Shown here: piece by piece, positions 55,216 through 64,000 of the stretch
How positions within the stretch are numbered: position 1 is the first letter of the stretch
Layout of the letters: every line of letters starts with the position of its first letter
IMG/VR virus record: IMGVR_UViG_3300014043_000004
Location: 1-64,000 of that record
Length of the DNA stretch: 64,000 nt
Direction: 5' to 3' (one strand)
Origin: a virus
Lineage: Duplodnaviria; Caudoviricetes
Made by a program: the position numbers and the translations under genes
The notes under the pieces: model-generated
What the model was told of the DNA's origin: nothing
Seen by the model: the letters and a program-made list of their open reading frames with translations, nothing else
Databases searched by the model: none

Positions 55216-57756
55216 TTAAAATCCAAACATTCTTAAAAGTTGATCCATTCCTATATTATTACTCGGAGTAGCATTTTTCAATAACCGATTATGTCTTTGT
55301 TTCGCTTTTATGTATTCCTTTGAAGCCGGACCTCCCTTTTTTCGAACAACCTCTTTGGGAAATAATCCGTTTGGAGTTTGGTACACTGTATCTCCTTTGT
55401 TTGTAATCATCTTCGTAGAATATTCGTCGCTACCGATACCAAACAGATTGTCCGGTTGGATTTCCTCATAAAATTGCCCCAAAGTTGATCCTCGTGATAC
55501 AAATCCTCCTTTTCCGTCTTTGTATCCTATTGGAGCGTATTTTGTGTATTTTGGATTTCTTAATATTCCAGGCATACTTAGCGTTGGCGTATTAAAACTA
55601 CCGTATGCATTCCACAATCCGTCCGGTCTATACATTCCCCAATTAAGGAACATCGGATGTGTATTCTCGACAGCTTCCTTTGCAGCTTTATCGTACGCCG
55701 CCTGTCTGTCAAGTCTATCTTGCATAGCATTAGCTAATGTAGCTTGAGCATTAACTTTATCGTTTTCAACCTGTTGATTATACAACTTAAGCATAGCGTT
55801 CTGATAGTCTTCAGATCTATTAAACTGTCTAACGCCCATAATATCACTAGCAAGATCGGCAAGTGCTGTAAGACCATTCTTTTCGTATTGAGCCATCCAA
55901 CCTTCTTTAGCTGCATTCTGCTGTTGCTGCCACTGGAATCTACGAATGTTATCGTTGATTAATGCTTCTTGTTCTCTAGCACCATATTCAGCAAGTGCAC
56001 TAGCATGCGCTGCACGATATTTGTTATCGGCATCTTGCTGTGCTATTCTAATCTTACCCAGAGAGTCAAGGTATCCCTGATAATTTGTATTTCTTAGTAT
56101 AGCTTGTCCACCAGCACCAAGTCCAGCCATTCTATTAGCCTGGAAGTTGGCTTGGTTGTAAGCCCTTCTTGCGTCTGTTAAATACTGTGTAGGATCAAAT
56201 CTAAGTTGTGCTAATTCATTCAAAGCTTGTGCTCCTGCTGCGTTGTTTACGTATGTACTAGGAGCATGTGTATCAGCATATTTAGCTCTATTATACTAAT
56301 TCCAGCTAGCGCCCATTGCTGCTAAATGAGGTATTGCAGACATTAAGTAATCTGTGCCTCTCCAGAATCCTGGCAACTTGCCGTTCTTATATTTCTTCAT
56401 GTCGTTTTGATTGTTTTCAGTCATCTATAAAGCTGATTGTTCTTTTTCTAATTCGTTTAGCTGCCAATTTTTAAGGTTCTCTGATGCATTGCTCTTCAAT
56501 ACTGCCTAAGCCTTCTTAGAAATACCATCTTTTTTCGTGTAGACTACATTTGAGTCTCCTGGTTTTACAGTTGAGTATACATTGTCTTTATTTCCTTTAC
56601 CTGGTACAACAGCCCAGTTTGATGTTTCTTTATTTAGAACAGTCTCTCCGGGCATTAGTTTTGAAGTAGGAACTCCGAGGTTTATATTGTTTTTTGCGTT
56701 TACATCAAACAACATTCTTGGGATGTTTATATTATCTCCTTTCTTAGAGTTCATTGGGCCATAAGCATTCTTACCTTCAGCAGCAGTTGCTACACCTTGT
56801 CTGTCGCTAAACTCTGCAGCAACATCTTTAGACTTAGCTACAGCTTCTTGCTATCTATTATACATGGCTATGTTGTCATTAGCTAAAGATATTTGTCTAC
56901 GAACTTCATCTTCATTGTCTCCCCAGCCAAACAAACTACCGAGACCACCTACAAGCAATCCTACCCCAGCACCAATAGCTGCACCCAAAGGACCACCAAC
57001 ACTACCTAATGCGCCAGTAGATGCCAATAAACCTCCAAGACTTGCACCAGTACCAATAGCATTCATGCCAAACCCGAGTTGTTTAGCTCTGGTATTTGCA
57101 TTCTCATAAGCAATTTCTTGACCAGCATTCACGCCGTTGTAATTTGTATAAGAATTGCCCATGTCGGTAGTTATATGTTGTCTACCAACATTAGCCATCA
57201 TATCGCCAGCATTTCTATGGTCTCCGAATCCTGCAATTTGATTAGCCATTGTATAACCACCAATAGCGGTGCCAATTCCAGCCAAGGCTTTTCCTCCGAT
57301 GTTTTGCATGAAATTTTTAAAACCTCCACCAGTACTACCAAGTAGGTTTGGATTTGTTGAAACGGCACCACCGTTACCCATGACTACTTGAGTTCCAGCT
57401 GGAGCTGAAGACAATCCTTGTATTCCATAAGAACTCAATCCTGCTGCTGCACTGTTCATACTTGAAGCAACACTTGCTATTGTATTTGTAGCAGTTTGCG
57501 CTGTTTGGTTTGCAGCGTTATACATTTTTAAATTCTCTGTGATATACGGAGTCTGCTATGTAATGTATCCTAGTGCGTTTGGTAAAGCACTCTTACGTAC
57601 CGCTTGTGTTTCTGGATCTAAGCTCATATTCTGCTCAGTATCAAATTTAACATTACCTATCCCGCGCGCCTGCTAGTAACCCAAGTCGATAGGTTTCATT
57701 GTACCTAATGCATACTTAGGTAGTCTTTTGTATAAATGTCTTTTATTCTTTTTCAT
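55216..57756 (-). CDS. ~846-aa cargo/ejection protein (TAG=Gln)
   Basis: Three fragments in frame; Gly/Ala-rich TM-like segment and Q/A-rich helices. Confidence 0.72.
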
Positions 57757-57757
57757 A

Positions 57758-60700
57758 TCAACTATAAGATTGTCTAAACTTTGTTATTACGTGAGATATT
57801 GTAGTGTATTGCGTAGGAGTATCGTAATTCATGTTTACTCGCATCCACTTACCTCTGAGCCTGTTACCCCAACCAGCATTGTCGCCAAATCTAGGTATGT
57901 TATACACTATATTACCCTCTCTGTCTGTATAAGCTTTTATCGAATTATCTGTCTTATTTATATCAGTCTCAAACGACAATTCACCGCTTGCATCTTCAAA
58001 GAACGACGTATGATCTTCTGGCATAGTAGCCACCCAGTCTTTCCGCTTTATAGAAGTGAGCTGTTGTGAATCAAATACTTTTGTAGTAGATGCTGACGGA
58101 TTTACAACAAAACTCAGCATCATTGGAGACATAAATTCTACAGAAGGTTTTAGGTGATTGTATTTAGTAATACTGCCTGAATTATAACCGTATATGTGAT
58201 TTTGTACGGTAATTATGTCTTCGTAACGTCTTGTATATATAGATGTAGCAATATTCAACTTAAGATTAAATATCATCTGATCTCCACCTTCCAGACACTT
58301 ACATAATAATTCATTGTTCTACAGATCATAATCTACACGAGGTATTTCGGTACTCATCTTAGCATTTAAGATGTTCTGAACATTTAATCGTTCTCCGATA
58401 TTTACACACTCGTTAGCAGATCCACCAACAACAGCTTTATTGTTTACATCTACCCAGTATACACCATTCTCAGCACTTGTAGCACAGAAGTCATACAACC
58501 GCATGCCATACTTCGTACTTATGTAGTCATTACGTGATAGAATACCAGCTTGACCAAGCATGATAGTATTACCATTAGTATCGTTGATAAGTGAACGCTC
58601 GTTAACACTAAATTTACCAAAGGCTGTGTCTTGCCAGTAGTACAATGTATTCTTATCTGTAAGGAGATTTGTTATCTCTCCGTACTTAGGATCTACATCA
58701 ATGTATGCAGCTGGTTTAAATATTACAAAGTTGTCTACGTATTCGCCATTTGTCTTTGGTTCTGAATAGTATGTACGCTGCTTAAACTGATTATCTTCAG
58801 GCTTTTCTACAACTAAGGTAAATACATCATTGGACTCATCGTTGGCAGAGTATATTTGATTATATTGATGTACAGGTCTGTCTTGTGTAGTAACGCCATC
58901 GATAGATCCTGGCTCCGTCATCAGGTTTGCACTATTAGTATTCAGCAGATTCATACCATAATCAAAGAACGTATTAACTTTTGATTCTAGTGGTACATAG
59001 TTGGTTATCTACATTGACTGTAACGTATCGTATGACATAAAATCATACGTCTTATACATAGTAGACAACTCTTGTGGTGTTATATAAATGTCGCCGTCGA
59101 ATACGGTCATCGTAGTATCCTCAGTTCCGTCGTTATGTATAACTTTATAGTTGTTTTTAGAACCTTCTAGTTTAAAAAAGTTTCCAAATCCGAAATACTG
59201 TATGAATTCGTCTGGCTCGTTTTTTATATCACTAATTTGGTGTTGTAGATTACATATTACTGTCTAGCATTGATTGTTCCTAGACTTTAATGCATTTTCA
59301 TTTTCGTTTTCCACTGTCATCAGAAAACATGACGTACCAGGACCTATCCATCCTCTACGTTCTCCAAATCCAAGCTTTACGCCATCACTGTAGAAAGACG
59401 TATTTCTATTCCTAATTTCTTTCGGCGCTCCGCTAATAAATTGTGCAGCACCACCGGCTGTTGCATTTGCTTGAATGTCTTTTTGCCCAATCTTACAGTC
59501 GTACAAAGCGAAAGATATCCAATTGTTGAATGTAAATTGATCAATACTTGTTTCAAACTGTTTGTATTTTTTAATACCGCCAGCTGCGATTTCTGCATTA
59601 TCTTCACTAGGGTCTAAGTTTGAAAACCCGTCCATCCATTGTGGCAGTTTTACATCTTTTATTGATTTTACGTTGTACTCTTCTCCACCGCCAAATTCTG
59701 TTATATGGTACAGCGGGAATATCAACTTCTAACTCGTCTTCGAATCTGCGTCTTGTAATATAGACCACCTGTATATATGTCCGTTATTTACAAATCCTGG
59801 TAATCTGAATGCTTGTCGGCTAAGTTCTCCTGGTACAAGAAGAGAACCAAAACTCTGTTGAACAGATCCATCTCCACCAAGCTGATTTATGATAGAGTTG
59901 TTATATCCCAAAGAACTAGTGTCGTTAGATATACTGCAATAATACAACGGCGTCGCAACTAGAGTATTCTATTTTAGCACAGACATCACATCGTCTCTTC
60001 TAAAATCTATTTCAGATGAGAATATCTGGAATAAGTTTTTATTATCGAAAGAATTTGCAATAAAGTGATGATGTTGTGGGTATAGTACGTGCGTTTGATC
60101 AGAATCCCATTCACTGTTAGATGTCGTTCCGTTTTTAGCTCCGTAGTCTACTCGAAACATATCCCATGGCACCTGGTCATCATTATAAAAATACATTCCA
60201 GGACCTATAGAAGTATCATCAGACCACATAAAACCTGTAGGGTAATAAGGCGATTCTTTTTTAGCATCAGATGGAGCTGTAAAGCCCCAACTATCCAAAA
60301 TATCTCCCATGTTACTTATTTCTACATTGTAAAGATCTTGTTTTATTGGTCTAGCCAAAGCAACTTGAAGCAGTGTTTTTTGGTATATTGATTTAGAAGA
60401 TCTTCTTACGATCTAACAACCTATTATGTCATCAACGTCTGGCTGAGGCAACGTTATCTTTACACCATATATGTTTGCAGTAAGTCTTTGATTTTCTATC
60501 TAGAACGTTGGCTTAGCGTTACTTATCTTTGGTACAGTAACACCAGGTGCTTCATTTTCTATCCGAATAGTAGTACCCTAGAACGTTGAAGGTGTCCAAC
60601 CTGTTATCTCGTGGACATTTGTATGTCTTCCGTATTTATCATAGTATACAATCCCGTATACATAATCTTCTCCGCGTCTCAGTGAACGAAGCAAGCTGGA

Positions 60701-61948
60701 TGTAAATATGTTGTTGTAAGAATTTTTTACGATTCCAGGATTTACATTTCTGTCTTGTAAATATTTTGTTACAGCTTCGTCTGAAAAATTGCTTTGATTG
60801 TGAGTAGGTACCTTGTCCAACGTATTAGAGATAATAACCTTTGTCTACGTCGTCTCTATATTCTCTCCAGAATACGTCACGTTTTGTATTATAGTATCAT
60901 CCTTTACGTTCGACGCAAACATGTATTGCTAATTCTGTTCAATTATCTTAGGTATGATAACCATACCAGACATTGCAGCAAACTCCTACATTGTAAGTTC
61001 TTGTAATGGCGTAGTACCTACGTCGTTAAAAGAAAACGATTCTTTTTCAGTATCTATGTCTCCGTCGTATATGAGCTCAACGTGAGCGTCTTCTCCTGGT
61101 ACGACATAAGACAGTCTGTATATCTGTAATCTATTATATGCTTTAAAATCTTTTACGTTTCTTATTTTCAACGTAAAACCTACAGAAGTTATAGTGTCTT
61201 GTGCGTTACCTGTTTCTTTAGATCTATTTGAATCTATAACCTAAATTTTATTTGTAAGCGGTGCAAGTTGTGTAGTAATACCAAATTTGTTGTAATACCT
61301 ATATGTATACTGTACTTGAGAAGTCTTTAATGATCCGTCTACTACTGCATCTATGTATACAGGATGTGTAGGTAATATTCTGTTATTTATAAACTTATCT
61401 ACTTCTTGTTGCCCATCATACGCCTTTGTGCCGTCCACTCTAATCTCTATTATTGGATATACACCAGTAGCTATATACAACTTGATTACACCCTCAAGTT
61501 CTTGATACATTACTGTAGATACTGATTGTACATCTTCAAACTAGTCTTTTAGTTTTGACGGTATATCACAACTCCACCAGTCTTTAAATCCTTTTGTGTA
61601 TACAGAATCTTTATTGTCAATGACAGCTTTATAAACATGCAGTGCGTTTTTTGTTTTGGTTATTACTACGGCAATATCATTTATGCTGTCAGATCCTAAA
61701 AACACACCTTCAATATCATCGCCTTCCGTAAACTAGCACACGTCACCTTTTGGTAGTGGAGACACTATACCTTCGTGTACGGACGAAAAATTATTACCGT
61801 TTATGTCTCCTTCAATGAAATCATTCTTTGTAATACGGATGTTTTTACCGTATACATACGACTGATTATCTACCTGATCGTATGTAGTATCGGAATTCAT
61901 TCCTTTTACAAAAGCGTTTATCTGCGAATTGTTTTCATTAATAACCAT
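57758..61948 (-). CDS. ~1,396-aa tail stabilisation/muzzle protein (TAG=Gln)
   Basis: Nine fragments in frame; FVKGMNSD, SLRRGEDYVYGIVYYDKYG, RLRGKWM. Confidence 0.8.
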
Positions 61949-62801
61949 TGTAGTAATCGTCGTAAATTAATTCTCGTTTGTTTATATCTTTATAGAATCT
62001 GTCTCCAGACTCAAATTCAGGCATTAACCTGTTCCATTCGTTCTGTATAGCACGCATATCGTCCGCAGTAGGCATCATGGCTTCAGCGTAAGCTTGGTTT
62101 CTGTAGAAGTTCCACTACTGTTGTATATACGTATACATATTCTGTCCAGCGCTTACTCCTTTGCCTCCTAAAGTACCTTTCATCCACTTAGAGAACGAAA
62201 GTTTCATGACAACATACCAATATATAGCTTCCTAGTATGAAGTAAGGTCTGGTATTAAAGGATATCCTCTTTCATCTACAGCTATTGCTTTATATGCAAG
62301 CTTAACGAACCCTTTGCTCTTGTTCGTAACCAACCAACCGGGCTTAATGAAGTACTCTGGCTTATTGTGACCGTTTATAACAGCCTTCTCAAAGAATCTC
62401 ATGTTGTTCTCTGTATAAAACTATGACTGTGAAGTAATAGCCTTATAGCGCATTGGCTGATGTGGTTCTAATGGTTTATTATGTCTCTTATTAGGTTCCC
62501 TAAATATACTAGTAGTAACTGTCATTGGAACCCACGGTCCCTTTGGGGATTCTGAAAAAGCCACTCCGTCTAACACTACCAGGTCGTCCGGAAGCGGAAC
62601 TTGATTGTCTTGTATTTGTAAGAGAGGGAACTCTTCAGTTCCACCCTCCTTTTTGATATACTGCATAGGAGCACCAATCTTGTCCACGGCTTCGAATATC
62701 CACTCTTTTATATCCGAGGTTCTCTATCTGACCTCTGTGGAATCTAAATCAGCCATGATCTTTGCAATGACTGATTCACACCTTGTATAATTGTATATCA
62801 T
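61938..62801 (-). CDS. tail ring/tubular protein, 287 aa (TAG=Gln)
   Basis: MIYNYTRCESVIAKIMAD...EWIFEAVDKIG; position next to muzzle gene. Confidence 0.7.
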
Positions 62802-63219
62802 TTATGTCTAAATAATCGTGTTTGTTAAATATTAGTTGAGCTAATCTTCGTTTATTTTGTCTAACCAGACCTAACTAATACTTGTATCTGTCTGGGAACG
62901 TTCTCGGTATTTTAGACCAGTATAATCTAAACTTATATCCATCCGAGTGTTCATTTAAATGGTATATCTTTTTGTTATACTCTTTACTAGCTCTGTAGTC
63001 TACTGATAGGGATGTCTGTGTAAGTGACTTAGGTCTATATTTACCTACCTAAATAAACCCTAGTCCATAAGGCATTTTAAAGCCCTCTGAGCGCTCTAGC
63101 ACGTGTTCTAGGATTACTTTACACATCTCGTCTAATATCGTCCTGAAGAGGCTGTAATCCACCTCTATGGGCATTGTACGGTACATATCCCTAAAAGTAT
63201 AGGATTTCTTACTCTTCAT
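62776..63219 (-). CDS. IHF-like protein, 147 aa (TAG=Gln)
   Basis: GFKMPYGLGFI*VGK...YHLNEHSDGYKFRLYW, a conserved crAss structural-module gene. Confidence 0.65.
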
Positions 63220-63961
63220 CGTCTTGTGGTCCGTGTGGTTTTACGCTAGCTAATGTAGCGTTGTTACTATCGTCACTAGGTCTGTTAAGCATAAACGGTA
63301 GTTCGTTCTTCATTATACGCTCTTTGATTGGCGGTACAATCCATGCCGGATACAGTACGTCATCTTCTTCGTCGTTATTATCATCGTCCTCATCATCTAT
63401 TTCATTCTCATATAACGCAAGAACGTAGATATAATTTAACTCGTCTCCGTCCACAAGTCCCTAAACATAAACATGACCGTCGTCTTTATAATACGCGGTC
63501 ATATCTCCAAATGTATACTTTCTATGATAGTGGTAATGGCGACGTATATGGTTCATATACTGTATATTCTCGCCATCTTGATCGTGTATTGCTAATATGC
63601 TACTTTCTGCATTATTCAATACATCGAGCCCTGCTGCTTCTGACAGAGTCTACTTAGTCCTTTTAGTGTTCTCAGGCCAGTGTGGATCTTCTTCTAGATC
63701 TGTAGGTCTCTCAAGTTCCATAGGACCTGTTTCTTTTCTTTCTATAAACTCATCATCTATCAGTTCGTCCCAACTTATTCTACCAAGCCGAGCAAGTTCC
63801 TTTCTACGATCTTTTTCCTCTTTCCATATTATACGAGCATAGGCTTTTACCCAGGAATGAATCTAAGCTCTAGAAAGGTCCTCACTTTCGCTTATGTAGT
63901 TGTTTCTTACCAAGAGAAGTATATCATCTGTTATTTCTTTAAGTGAAATTTTCTTTATCAT
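63209..63961 (-). CDS. tail ring protein, 250 aa (TAG=Gln)
   Basis: MIKKISLKEITDDILLLVRNN.ISESEDLSRA*IHSWV; in frame with the 63209 fragment. Confidence 0.7.
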
Positions 63962-64000
63962 TTTTTATCAGTTGATTCAACAATTCTTACATCTTCACTC

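Noticed and set aside
30773-63842. Plus-strand ORFs in the right half
   Set aside because: Antisense shadows of the long recoded genes
30004-63961. Minus-strand fragments as pseudogenes or sequencing errors
   Set aside because: All breaks examined are in-frame TAG with no frameshifts; recoding explains them

Overview
64 kb of a crAss-like phage (Crassvirales) genome, probably infecting a Bacteroidota host. The + strand (1-29.9 kb) carries small early genes, an RNA-rich cluster (hammerhead ribozyme, tRNA-Glu/CAT/Arg, a circularly permuted tmRNA, several atypical tRNA-like elements, two long structured non-coding regions), an ECF sigma factor and a replication module (PolB, DnaB, AAA ATPase, SSB, primase, nucleases). 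Two replication genes are split inside Walker A by group I introns carrying homing endonucleases. The - strand (30.0-64 kb) looks fragmented in the standard code, but the fragments join in frame if TAG is read as Gln (code 15). This gives virion genes: ring, IHF-like, muzzle and cargo proteins, a ~5,824-aa RNA-polymerase-containing protein and a ~1,980-aa zincin-motif protein. Early genes still use TAG as stop, so the code appears dual. The most novel candidate is a hairpin-loop motif, A-RARYY-N2-4-RARYC-A. It sits at the start codons of most replication genes and the sigma factor, and four copies are arrayed in a non-coding RNA, suggesting an operator plus decoy-RNA regulatory system. Also notable are a likely -1 frameshift and C-terminal motifs sensitive to TAG read-through. 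All calls were made by eye; no searches or folding were run.
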